NCBI GenBank assembly: GCA_016218585.1
Contig: JACRDK010000025.1
Coordinates: 27,637 to 91,636, forward strand
Direction: 5' to 3'
Source of the DNA: Candidatus Doudnabacteria bacterium
Lineage (GTDB): Bacteria; Patescibacteriota; Doudnabacteria; UBA920
DNA length: 64,000 nt
Part shown: in pieces, positions 46,389 through 55,868 of the stretch
Layout of the letters: every line of letters starts with the position of its first letter
How positions within the stretch are numbered: position 1 is the stretch's first letter
Translations under genes and position numbers: made by a program
Notes under the pieces: model-generated
Database searches by the model: none
The model's input: only the letters and a program-made list of their open reading frames with translations
What the model was told of the DNA's origin: nothing

Positions 46389-47606
46389 ATGGCTTATTTA
46401 TTCCTGCTCACATTACTATTGGCCCCCACTTACGCCATCCGTTTTAAATTAGGAGGCCTGCCCGCAAACTTATTAATGATTTGGGTATTTTTGTTTTGGC
46501 TGATATTTTTTTTCTACCTATTGGCCGGTAAAAATATTAAATCATTTTTTTCAAGTCCAATTAACAAATCGGTTCTAATCGGCACCGGATTGTTTTTCAT
46601 CTCCGGGCTGGTAAGCTTATTTGTTAAAGGACTTAGCAGGGAAAAAATTGGCCAGTTCATCGTTCTGTTTCTCCAGCCAATCAGTTTATTTTTTATAGGA
46701 AATTATCTTCTGCAAAAATTTCCCAACTTAAAAAAATATTTACTCTCGGCTATTTATTTTGCCTTAGCCGCAGCCGGACTGCTGGCTATTATACAATATT
46801 TCAGCCTGTGGAGCCTGCCCATGGCATTCTGGGGTAATAGCAACGAGCCAAAAAGAGCTGTGAGTTTTTTTGTGCATCCTAATTTTTACGCTTTGTGGTG
46901 CGCGCCGTTGTTAGCTTTTGTTCTGCCGGAAGCATTAAGTAATTTTAAACTTAAAATTTCCCGCCTGCAGTCGACCGATGCTCCAGCAGATGGCGGGCAG
47001 GTTAATTTAAAATTGCTGGCTTGGGGGTTGGGCTTAATTGGTTTAATTCTTTCTCTTTCCCGAGCCGGATGGCTTGGCTTCGGTTTTGCAACCCTGGTTT
47101 ATTTGATAGTCGCGGCGGACAAAAATATTCGCAAAATTGCCGGCGTTATTGCGGTTGTTCTTGTGGTAATTATTATTTCCGTGCCAAACCTTCGCTGGCG
47201 CTTTACCTTGCCATTTTACGGCGAGAAGTCCGCTGTTTCCCGCCTTTCTTTATGGCAGACCGGAATTAAGGGCATAAAAGAGTCTCCGGTGTTTGGTTTG
47301 GGTCTTACCGGATTTTCCCGCAATTGGGAAAGGCTTAATACTGACAAGGGGCTAACCGACGCTCATAATTTTCCCCACAATATCTTTCTTGACCTTTGGG
47401 TTGAAACCGGACTGTTAGGCTTAATTAGTTTTACCAGCCTATGTTTTTATTTAATTTATTTCGGCATAAAAAATCGCGCTAATCTACTTAAGCTTGGAGT
47501 GAGTTTATTTTTAATTGCCTTAATTTTCCAGGGGATGGTGGACAATCCTTATTTTAAAAACGACCTGGCTTTAGTTTTTTGGACAATCCTGGCCTTTGCA
47601 ATTTAA
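46389..47606 (+). CDS. O-antigen ligase family membrane protein
   Basis: RA.SFF.HPN, SLSRAGW, P.FGLG, PHN..L..W.ETG. Confidence 0.85.
   Translation: MAYLFLLTLLLAPTYAIRFKLGGLPANLLMIWVFLFWLIFFFYLLAGKNIKSFFSSPINKSVLIGTGLFFISGLVSLFVKGLSREKIGQFIVLFLQPISLFFIGNYLLQKFPNLKKYLLSAIYFALAAAGLLAIIQYFSLWSLPMAFWGNSNEPKRAVSFFVHPNFYALWCAPLLAFVLPEALSNFKLKISRLQSTDAPADGGQVNLKLLAWGLGLIGLILSLSRAGWLGFGFATLVYLIVAADKNIRKIAGVIAVVLVVIIISVPNLRWRFTLPFYGEKSAVSRLSLWQTGIKGIKESPVFGLGLTGFSRNWERLNTDKGLTDAHNFPHNIFLDLWVETGLLGLISFTSLCFYLIYFGIKNRANLLKLGVSLFLIALIFQGMVDNPYFKNDLALVFWTILAFAI
46964..47001 (+). mobile_element. 38-bp palindromic element (family B) in-frame in the ligase gene
   Basis: CCTGCAGTCGACCGATGCTCCAGCAGATGGCGGGCAGG. 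Confidence 0.75.
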
Positions 47607-47670
47607 CCCCACAAACAAAAAACTCTCCCGAACTAAGGGAGAGTTTTTTTAAAATTTTACATCTTTTATA

Positions 47671-49227
47671 TTACTCAGGCGTTATTATAATTTCTCCCCG
47701 CTGGTCAATTTTATAAACCGGGCCAAACGCGTCAACTTTTGTCCGCCTTAATTGAACAGGCTTTAAAACCTTAACAGGAGTAGATCTTCCTTGTTCGCCA
47801 GGTTCAATGCGAAAATTTCCACCCTTTCCCATTTCGTGGCTTATATTTAAAGCTTTAAGATGTGCTATTCTGTTAGGACCTATTAATGAAGCACCTCTAT
47901 TTGGGATCAAATAAACCCTATCACCGACTTCTATGCCAAAACTGTCGGCATCCCCGACCACATTCTGAACCTTTAAACCAAACTCATAGATTAAAGTGGA
48001 CAAGGCCTTTTCAGTATTCTGTAAGCTGAAAGGCCTTGCTCCAATCTGGTTTAACAAACCCGATACTTCAGATGGTGTAAATTTTTTATTTGGATACACC
48101 TGATTGTTGAATAAGGCTATAAGTTGCTTTACTTGCTGAGGGAGTTTTTGATACTCCGGGTCTGATTCTAAATTTTTTGCCAGCAACTCATTATTAGCTT
48201 TAATAATGTTACTTTTATATTTTTCCCAATACGCATTTACAAATTCACGCACATCGGCAAATCCCTGAGCAATTCCTAAGGATTCAAACTTACGCTGCAT
48301 GGTTGGAATTTCGTTTTTAAGCGCTTCCTGATAAGCGTCATAGCCCCGGCTAACAAATCCTTCAAAAAACATACACGCCAACTTATTCGATTCTTCAATG
48401 TCCTTTGGCCATTTTATATCAGACTTACCATATCCTCTAGACATTTTGACTTCAAACTCCAATAAGCTCATTTCTCTTTGCCTGTCAGTTTTTGGTTCTT
48501 CACTTAAAATATTTTTTGGAGCTTCTTGAACAATACCATTACCGACCGTTGACGAAGAAGGTTTTTGGGGTTCGGGCTCTGCCGGTTTTTCTATTTTTTT
48601 CTCCTTTGCCGCATCCGACTCCAATGGCAAGTCCGGCATATTTTTTGCCTGGCTATACAACTGCACTATCTCGGTATACATATCATGATGAAATTCAAAT
48701 TTATCTAAGAGCTTGCCTAAAGCTAGCAGTTGTCGTTTAGAATAAACCCTGGGGCCAACCTCCTTCTTAAAACGATCCATAAAATTATTATAGCCATAAC
48801 CATTAGAGGCATAAGCAATTAAAAAATTACGCACAGCTCCAGGCAATTTATTGCCCGTAGCTGAAACAAAAGCCTGCTCAATAGCTGGAATTGCATTACT
48901 ATAAATTTGGGGGAATTTGTTTTCAGTTAATATTTTATTCAAAACAACAATATTAGACTCACCTAATTGCTCTGAATAATTTTCAGGAATCCAAATTAAA
49001 AGTTCAGGTTCTTTTGGTTTTAGCTCAACAGACTCTTTGGTGGGTTTCGGTACGGCTAAATCTGGCCGCTCGGCTAACATCTCTTTTTTTGCTCTTTCGA
49101 TTTGTTCTTCTGTGGCAATTAAAACACCATCTTCGGTCAAACTGGCGCCTTCTTCTAACATTTTACCTTGATTGATTAAGGCCTTTTTAAGATCTTCGGG
49201 TTGATATTTTGGAAATTCTTTTGTCAT
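47671..49227 (-). CDS. Hypothetical protein (518 aa)
   Basis: Long charged ORF with no motif recognised; flanked by near-identical hairpins at 47617-47649 and 49283-49313. Confidence 0.75.
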   Translation of the reverse strand: MTKEFPKYQPEDLKKALINQGKMLEEGASLTEDGVLIATEEQIERAKKEMLAERPDLAVPKPTKESVELKPKEPELLIWIPENYSEQLGESNIVVLNKILTENKFPQIYSNAIPAIEQAFVSATGNKLPGAVRNFLIAYASNGYGYNNFMDRFKKEVGPRVYSKRQLLALGKLLDKFEFHHDMYTEIVQLYSQAKNMPDLPLESDAAKEKKIEKPAEPEPQKPSSSTVGNGIVQEAPKNILSEEPKTDRQREMSLLEFEVKMSRGYGKSDIKWPKDIEESNKLACMFFEGFVSRGYDAYQEALKNEIPTMQRKFESLGIAQGFADVREFVNAYWEKYKSNIIKANNELLAKNLESDPEYQKLPQQVKQLIALFNNQVYPNKKFTPSEVSGLLNQIGARPFSLQNTEKALSTLIYEFGLKVQNVVGDADSFGIEVGDRVYLIPNRGASLIGPNRIAHLKALNISHEMGKGGNFRIEPGEQGRSTPVKVLKPVQLRRTKVDAFGPVYKIDQRGEIIITPE

Positions 49228-49317
49228 ATTTTTTGACTGTTAATGTTTAAATTATACACCCTTTCTTGCATATTTGAAACAAAAAAACTCCCCCTAAGTT
49301 CGGGAGAGTTTTTAAAT

Positions 49318-49788
49318 TTATCGTTTTAACCTTATAACAACTTTTCGGTAAGGTTCATTGCCAATGGAGGAACTTTCTACTTCCGGACAGTGCTCCTGCA
49401 AATATGCATGAACTAATCTTCTTTCATAGTTCGGCATTGGTTCCAAGCCTTGGGCGCGTCCGGTGAGCTTGGCTTTATCTGCGGCTGCTTTTGCGGTTTC
49501 TTTTAAAAACCATTCTCTTTTTCTTTTGTAATCATCAACATCCAGAGAAAACCAGAACGGGCCTTCCTGCCCAAATTTTCTGGAAACCACTGCCTGAACC
49601 AAAATTTGGAATGAATGGAGGGTTGAGCCTTGGCGCCCAATCAATAAGTAGGAATCGGGGGTGGAAATGTTAAACACCAAACCTTTGGTAATGCTCTCTT
49701 CAAATTCAACAGAGCCCTGAATCCCACACTTCTGCATTAATTCTAAAATAATATTTTTTACCGCTTCAATTTTATTGTAATCGGTCAT
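49318..49788 (-). CDS. jag: Jag/KhpB RNA-binding protein (KH + R3H)
   Basis: LLIGRQG.TL, DV.DY, LEPM..YERR.VH, S.S.G.EPYR.VVI. Confidence 0.92.
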   Translation of the reverse strand: MTDYNKIEAVKNIILELMQKCGIQGSVEFEESITKGLVFNISTPDSYLLIGRQGSTLHSFQILVQAVVSRKFGQEGPFWFSLDVDDYKRKREWFLKETAKAAADKAKLTGRAQGLEPMPNYERRLVHAYLQEHCPEVESSSIGNEPYRKVVIRLKR

Positions 49789-49857
49789 ATGGTCAGTATT
49801 AAGAATTATGAATTGGGAATTAAGAAATATTTTTCCTTAATTCCTGATTCTTATTTC

Positions 49858-50580
49858 CTAATTCTTGGGTTGCGGATGCTTTTTTATTATATAATACTGC
49901 TGGGCAACAGCAAAGAGAGTGGTAACAATCCAGTATAGCGGTAAGCCGGCCGGGAGCTTAATGGCAATAATTACGCTGATTACCGGCAAAACATAAGTTG
50001 TCTGCATAGCCATTGCCTTGGTAGTCATGTCCTGCTCGCCTGTGTTTTTTGGCATCATTAACTTTGACTGCCAGAATTGGGCCAAGCCGGCCAACACGCC
50101 AAACCAAATATTTGGCTTGGACAAATCTATTAGTCCTAAAAAGTTTGGATTCAAAAATTCCGGTCGGGCAATAAAAGAATACAAACCATTTAACCGGGTA
50201 GCAATATCAACATGTGGGTTTAATGCTTTGCCAAAAACCTGATACAAAGCAATTAAAATTGGCAGCTGAATAATTAACGGCAGGCAGGAGGACAGGGGAT
50301 TTATTTTATGTTCTTTATATAAATCCATCAAAGCTTTGGCTTGAGCTTCTTTATTGTCTTTGTGCTTCGCTTTTAACTCGTTCAGCTTCGGCTGAAGATC
50401 ATTCATAGCTTTTTGGCTTTTTAGGGACTTATGGAAGCTGGGAGCTAAAGCCAAACGAATGAGCAAGGTAAGTAAAATAATCACCACCCCAATATCATGG
50501 CCGGGGATAATGTTATAGAAAAATACCAGGAGGTTAAGCAGCGGGCGATAAATTACGTCGTTATAAATTGTTGAAAACAT
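49858..50580 (-). CDS. yidC: Membrane protein insertase
   Basis: IILLT..IR..L.P, LQPK, NP.SSCLP..IQLPI, P.GL.LYW. Confidence 0.95.
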   Translation of the reverse strand: MFSTIYNDVIYRPLLNLLVFFYNIIPGHDIGVVIILLTLLIRLALAPSFHKSLKSQKAMNDLQPKLNELKAKHKDNKEAQAKALMDLYKEHKINPLSSCLPLIIQLPILIALYQVFGKALNPHVDIATRLNGLYSFIARPEFLNPNFLGLIDLSKPNIWFGVLAGLAQFWQSKLMMPKNTGEQDMTTKAMAMQTTYVLPVISVIIAIKLPAGLPLYWIVTTLFAVAQQYYIIKKHPQPKN

Positions 50581-50604
50581 TTAGATTAAAATAAATTATA
50601 AATT

Positions 50605-50871
50605 TTAAGGAATAGGGTCTACTTTTGGATCAACGAAAGGGTTGCACGTTAAAACTCTTTTTACCCCCAGTGCACCACCCTTGATAAGGCCAAATTTTGT
50701 TATTGCCTGTTTGGAATATTCGCTGCAAGTTGGATAATGGCGGCAGTAACCATGCGGATATTTGGCTTTAAACAAGCCATGATCCGGGGAAAGCGTAGCC
50801 TGATAAACTTTAATTAAGGCCACTGCTGTTTTTTTAGGCAAACTTGTTAATTTTGTAATGATTTCGCGCAT
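50605..50871 (-). CDS. yidD: Membrane protein insertion efficiency factor
   Basis: YQ...SP, CR.YPTCSEY, R...CNP. Confidence 0.95.
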   Translation of the reverse strand: MREIITKLTSLPKKTAVALIKVYQATLSPDHGLFKAKYPHGYCRHYPTCSEYSKQAITKFGLIKGGALGVKRVLTCNPFVDPKVDPIP

Positions 50872-50874
50872 AGA

Positions 50875-51201
50875 TTATTTGGTCTTATTTAACAATAATT
50901 CCAGCGACGACAAGGCCTCAACCTCTTTTATTTTAGTAACTTTTGACTTGGCCATAATAACATATAAACCAGTATTTAAACCAGGCAGGCGTTTTTTTAT
51001 CAGTTCCCTAATTATGCGCTTTAACCTGTTTCGGTCAACGGCATTTTTATAAACTTTGGTAGAAACCACCACGGTTAATTTTTTTGCGCCGGCCGATGGT
51101 AAAAATTTTATGGTAAAAAAGGGATTAAAAAAAGTCCGCCCTTGGGCAAAGGCTGTGTGAATTTCTTTGCTTTTAGCCAGGCGGTTTACTTTTTTTAACA
51201 T
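50875..51201 (-). CDS. rnpA: Ribonuclease P protein component
   Basis: RL.K..E, VVS.KV.KNAVDRNRLKR. Confidence 0.95.
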   Translation of the reverse strand: MLKKVNRLAKSKEIHTAFAQGRTFFNPFFTIKFLPSAGAKKLTVVVSTKVYKNAVDRNRLKRIIRELIKKRLPGLNTGLYVIMAKSKVTKIKEVEALSSLELLLNKTK

Positions 51202-51221
51202 TTGCTTGTAGTTTTAATATC

Positions 51222-51359
51222 CTAGGCAACGGTGAGCTTTTTTCTACCCTTAGCTCTGCGCCTTGATAGTACATTGCGACCGGTCTTGGTTTCCATGCGC
51301 TTCAAAAAACCGTGTCTTCTCTTTCTTCTCTTTACTTTCGGTTGATATGTTCTTTTCAT
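51222..51359 (-). CDS. rpmH: 50S ribosomal protein L34
   Basis: Manual translation [45 protein letters not shown]. Confidence 0.97.
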   Translation of the reverse strand: MKRTYQPKVKRRKRRHGFLKRMETKTGRNVLSRRRAKGRKKLTVA

Positions 51360-51559
51360 AAATTCTCCTCAAATACGCGAGAACTACTTTAAAATAAATC
51401 TGCGGTATCTGATTTTAATCCGCGTATCCGCGGTCTTTAATTCTTGAATAATTATAAAGAAAAAGTTGGTTTTGGTCAACCCGGGCAGGCCGCCGAGCTT
51501 GGCCGCTAATTAAATTTGGTTTGGCGTTAGTAGTTACAAAACCCAAAACCCCTGCTTAG

Positions 51560-51645
51560 CACACCTTTTCCACAGCATATGAACACCTTAAGAAAAACCC
51601 CCTAAATTCAGGGGGTTTTCGTAATTTTACATGTTGATAACTCCC
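51560..51645. promoter_or_regulatory. DnaA boxes upstream of dnaA
   Basis: TTTTCCACA at 51566-51574 and TGTTGATAA at 51632-51640. Confidence 0.6.
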
Positions 51646-51735
51646 TGTTAGAATAGATTAGTAGCATATTTTTTAAACAAAAAAACTTAATCCAAACTGA
51701 GACAGACACACAAATAATTAGAAAAGAGTTACATT

Positions 51736-53088
51736 ATGACCAACCAACAGCTCTGGCAAGCAATCTTAGGAAGCATGGAAATCTCTTTAAGCAAAGCCAA
51801 TTTTAACACTTGGTTCAAAAATACCAGCATTGTAGAAAGAGGTGCAGATCATATTATTGTTGGGGTGCCGACAGCGTTTAATCGCGACTGGATTGCGGCA
51901 AAATATCACCAAGAAATGCTTAAGGCCTTAAAATCTTTAGCCCCGGAAGTAAAGGAAATTAAATACCAACTTGGCGGACAGCCACAACCAGCCCAACAAG
52001 GCCAAAATAAACCCCAGCAGAAAAGCCAAACCGAAAACCACGTTCAAAAAGACAGTTTTGGCACTAATTCCTCGGGACTAAACCCAAAATATACCTTTGA
52101 AACCTTTATTATAGGAAAAAACAACGAGTTGGCGCATGCTGCCAGCCAAGCTGTGGCTAAAAACCCGGGCACACAATACAATCCATTATTTATTTATGGC
52201 GGGGTGGGTTTAGGAAAAACCCATTTAATGCATGGTGTTGGGCACCGGCTGCTTCAGGCTAACCAAAAAGCCAAAATTCTTTACGTTACCAGCGAAAAAT
52301 TCACCAACGACTATATTAATGCCATTAGCCAAAAGCGAATGGATGAATTTAAAAAAACCTACCGTGAAATTGATGGTTTGTTAATAGATGATATTCAGTT
52401 TTTGGCAGGCAAAGAGGGTACACAGGAAGAATTTTTCCATACCTTCAACGAACTGCGGGATAAAGGCAAGCAAATTATTATTACTTCCGACCGTTTACCA
52501 AAAGATATTCCGGCCATTGAACAAAGACTGGTCTCCCGTTTTGAATGGGGGATGGTTGCGGATATTCAGGCGCCGGATCTGGAAACAAGAATGGCCATAT
52601 TAAGGACTAAGATGGAAAAAAAGGGTGTGGTAATAGCCGAAGACATTCTTTTTTATATTGCTGAGAGTATTCAAAACAACGTCAGGGAACTTGAGGGGGC
52701 TTTAAACAGATTGGCGGTTTACCAGCAAATGGAAAATAAAAGTCTGGCCTTAGAGCAGGCAAAAACAATTTTAGCCAGTATTATTGGCGTGAAAAAGAGA
52801 ATAACCTCAGCAAAAAAGATTGCTGAGTCGGTGGCAGAGTTTTATAACATCACCATGGAAGACCTTATTAAACAGTCGAGAAAAAAAGAGTTTGTTAAAC
52901 CAAGGCAGATTGCCATGTATTTAATAAGAAAAGAGTTAGATAATTCTTTTCCTTCTATTGGCGGTTTTTTTGGCGGGCGGGACCATACCACAGTAATGCA
53001 TGCAGTTGAAAAAGTGGAAAAGCTGATGACAACTAAAGATATATTCAAACAAGAAGTGGATTTAATTATGGATAAGTTGTTCACTTAA
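51736..53088 (+). CDS. dnaA: Chromosomal replication initiator
   Basis: LNPKYTFE.F, YNPLFIYGGVGLGKTHL, IDDIQF, RL.SRF, GGRDHTTV.HA. Confidence 0.98.
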   Translation: MTNQQLWQAILGSMEISLSKANFNTWFKNTSIVERGADHIIVGVPTAFNRDWIAAKYHQEMLKALKSLAPEVKEIKYQLGGQPQPAQQGQNKPQQKSQTENHVQKDSFGTNSSGLNPKYTFETFIIGKNNELAHAASQAVAKNPGTQYNPLFIYGGVGLGKTHLMHGVGHRLLQANQKAKILYVTSEKFTNDYINAISQKRMDEFKKTYREIDGLLIDDIQFLAGKEGTQEEFFHTFNELRDKGKQIIITSDRLPKDIPAIEQRLVSRFEWGMVADIQAPDLETRMAILRTKMEKKGVVIAEDILFYIAESIQNNVRELEGALNRLAVYQQMENKSLALEQAKTILASIIGVKKRITSAKKIAESVAEFYNITMEDLIKQSRKKEFVKPRQIAMYLIRKELDNSFPSIGGFFGGRDHTTVMHAVEKVEKLMTTKDIFKQEVDLIMDKLFT

Positions 53089-53270
53089 AATATTGCCGCC
53101 ACCCTTGTTTGTTATTTGTTTCTCGTTGTCCACTTTCGCACAGTAGTTATGCACACAATTTTTATTTTACTTTTCTGTTTTGTCCCCGGTTTTCATTGAT
53201 CGGTTTTAGTTCTCCACATTTCAACAACCCTTATTACTATAATTATTTATTTTTATTTAATTTAATATAT
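53089..53270. other. Probable oriC (dnaA-dnaN intergenic)
   Basis: Relaxed DnaA boxes TTGTCCACT 53126, TTTCGCACA 53134, TTATGCACA 53147 and TTCTCCACA 53210, then an AT-rich DUE-like tract at 53232-53270. Confidence 0.75.
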
Positions 53271-54371
53271 ATGAAAATTATTTGCACACAGGAAAACCTA
53301 AAAGCGGGTTTGTCTACAGTGGGGAGAATAATCTCTTCAACCAACACATTGCCAATTTTAAACAACATTCTATTAAAAACAGAAAATGGAACGCTAAAGA
53401 TTTCCTCCACCAACCTGGAAATAGCCATAACCACCCAAACCAGGTGCAAAGTGGAAGAAGAAGGGGAAATAACAGTAGCCAACAAAACTTTCACCGAACT
53501 TATTAACAGCCTGCCCAACAAAAACCTAACCCTACAAGCAGCTAACGGCGAACTGAAAATAGAAACCGAAAACTATCACACCTCGGTAAAAACCTTACCA
53601 GCAGAAGAGTTCCCATTAATCCCAACAGTAGAGAAAGATAAAACATTCACCATAGACACCCAAGAACTGAAAAAAGTTATTAACCAAGTTGCTTTTGCCG
53701 CCTCCAACAACCAAAACCAGCTGGAGATAACCGGGGTTTATATGAACCTGGAGGGTGAAGAGTTAAAAGTGGTGGCGACCGACAGATATCGCTTAGCGGA
53801 AAGAAAAATTAAAGCAAGCAACCCAAAACAAAGCCAGGCCGAAGCCATAGTTCCGCAAAAAGCCATAACCGAACTGTCCAGAATAATAGGAAACCAAAAA
53901 GAGCAGGTGGAAATAAGCTTAAACGAGAACCAAATATCAATCAGCCTAAACGAAACTCAAATAATCAGCCGGCTTATTGATGGCCAGTATCCGGACTATA
54001 AACAAATTATCCCAAACAATTTTTACACTACTACCACCATCCCAAAACAAGCATTAGCCAGCGCATTAAAAGCGGCGGCGATATTTGCCCAAAGCACCAA
54101 CAGTGTAAACTTTCAATTCTCCCCCGAAACCCAAAAGCTTATAATTACCACTGAATCACAGGAGTTGGGGAAGAGTGAAGTAGAGTTGCCATCAAAAATA
54201 GAAGGCCGGGAAGGAAAAGTTATTCTAAACCACCACTACGTTTTAGACTGCTTAAACAACATTGATGCGGAAAATATTGTAATAAAGGTTATTGACGACA
54301 GTTCTCCAAGCGTAATAGTTCAGGAAAATAACAACGAATATATTTATCTGGTAATGCCGATTAAAAATTAA
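53271..54371 (+). CDS. dnaN: DNA polymerase III beta clamp
   Basis: LPIL.N.L, TNLEI, EEFP, VATD.YRL, SRLIDG.YPDY, Y.YLVMP; true start ATG 53271. Confidence 0.97.
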   Translation: MKIICTQENLKAGLSTVGRIISSTNTLPILNNILLKTENGTLKISSTNLEIAITTQTRCKVEEEGEITVANKTFTELINSLPNKNLTLQAANGELKIETENYHTSVKTLPAEEFPLIPTVEKDKTFTIDTQELKKVINQVAFAASNNQNQLEITGVYMNLEGEELKVVATDRYRLAERKIKASNPKQSQAEAIVPQKAITELSRIIGNQKEQVEISLNENQISISLNETQIISRLIDGQYPDYKQIIPNNFYTTTTIPKQALASALKAAAIFAQSTNSVNFQFSPETQKLIITTESQELGKSEVELPSKIEGREGKVILNHHYVLDCLNNIDAENIVIKVIDDSSPSVIVQENNNEYIYLVMPIKN

Positions 54372-54433
54372 AAAAACTTAACCGCGGATTCTTAAAGCGG
54401 AAAGTCCCTATCATCCGTAATTCCGTACATACT

Positions 54434-55525
54434 ATGAAAATAACAAACATTGAAATAAAGAATTTTAGAAACTATCCAAACTTAAATATTGAAATAAACA
54501 ACACAACTGTTATTTTAACCGGGCCAAACGCCGTGGGAAAAACCAACTTGCTCGAGTCGGTTTATTTTGCCTCATTGTTTAAGTCTTTTCGCGACGACAC
54601 GGAGTTTATATTTTTAAAAGACGCCTCAAATTTGTCCTTAAAGCTAACCCTGGAAAAAAGCGGGGAAACCAGAACGCTGGAAATCTTTTTAGAAAAAAAA
54701 GAAAAGATTTACGCGAATTTTATGATTGACGGGGTTAAGAAAAAACGCCGCGAAGCCCAAGGATTTATGAGTGTGGTAATTTTTGACCCGACCGATGTTG
54801 ATATGTTCACCAAAACCCCGGAATCAAGAAGAAAATATTTGAATATGGTTTTAAGCCAAAAAAACCTGGCTTACTTAGACGCTTTGGGAAATTACAAAAA
54901 AGCTTTGTTAATGAAGAATCGCTTATTGCAAGATATGAAAGCCGGCCGCAGCCAGGGGCAGGACTTGGCCGAATGGGATGACCAACTGGTTTCCTTAGGA
55001 AGCTATATTATTTTAGAGAGAAAAAAGTTTGTAAATTTTCTTAACACCAGCGTGGCGGAAATATATGCCAATATTTCCGGTTTCCATCGCCCGGTCGAAG
55101 TTTTTTACGAAACCCTTGCCGGGGATACCGTGGAAGAAATTGCGGAAAATTTCCGCCAGAAACTTTCCCAGGTAGCGGCAAAAGAAAAAATGCTGGCCAC
55201 CTGCTTGGTTGGCCCGCACCGCGACGATTTCTCTTTAAAAAGCGAAGGTTTGTATTTGTCCCCATTTTCTTCCCGCGGGGAATTAAGAAGCCAGGTTCTA
55301 TCGCTGAAAATTTTAGAGCTTGAATACTTGAGCCATGGCGACGAAAAACCGATTTTGTTGCTCGACGATGTTTTGTCGGAACTGGATGAAACCAGAAGGA
55401 CTTTCCTTTTAAAGTATTTGCAAAACCGTTTTCAAACTTTTATTACCACAACTCATCCGCTGGAAATGCCGGCGCAACACATTACCCTTACCCCGGCCTT
55501 GGAAGAAGAGGAAGTGGAAAGCTAA
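54434..55525 (+). CDS. recF: DNA replication/repair protein RecF
   Basis: NFRNY, G.NA.GKTNLLE, GPHRDD, S.G..R, PILLLDDVLSELD. Confidence 0.96.
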   Translation: MKITNIEIKNFRNYPNLNIEINNTTVILTGPNAVGKTNLLESVYFASLFKSFRDDTEFIFLKDASNLSLKLTLEKSGETRTLEIFLEKKEKIYANFMIDGVKKKRREAQGFMSVVIFDPTDVDMFTKTPESRRKYLNMVLSQKNLAYLDALGNYKKALLMKNRLLQDMKAGRSQGQDLAEWDDQLVSLGSYIILERKKFVNFLNTSVAEIYANISGFHRPVEVFYETLAGDTVEEIAENFRQKLSQVAAKEKMLATCLVGPHRDDFSLKSEGLYLSPFSSRGELRSQVLSLKILELEYLSHGDEKPILLLDDVLSELDETRRTFLLKYLQNRFQTFITTTHPLEMPAQHITLTPALEEEEVES

Positions 55526-55545
55526 ATAATATTACAAAAATAAAA

Positions 55546-55863
55546 ATGCCTAATTATAATAATTATCAAAAAGGTTTTTCCAGGATAGACAAAGTAATTT
55601 ACCGGACCGCAAAGAATCATAATTTTGACACAGCCCTGCATAAACACAAGGCCATAAAACACTGGCACGAGGTAGCGGCCTCCTTTGTTGAAGATGTAAA
55701 AAATACCACCCAGGCAATTAACTTAGAAAAAGGCGTGCTAACCGTGGCGTGCTTGTCTTTAGAGGTGGCCCGCAAGCTTAAAATCTTGGCCCAGCGAATT
55801 ATTTTTGCCCTTAATGAGATAATAGGTCATCGTGTTATTTTTGCCTTGAATTTGGAGGTTTAA
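55546..55863 (+). CDS. DUF721 / DciA family protein
   Basis: W..V.......T.......GVL.V.C pattern; lies after recF. Confidence 0.75.
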   Translation: MPNYNNYQKGFSRIDKVIYRTAKNHNFDTALHKHKAIKHWHEVAASFVEDVKNTTQAINLEKGVLTVACLSLEVARKLKILAQRIIFALNEIIGHRVIFALNLEV

Positions 55864-55868
55864 ATTAT

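Noticed and set aside
53109-53270. N-terminal extension of DnaN in the ORF track
   Set aside because: This is the oriC region; DnaN homology starts at 53271.
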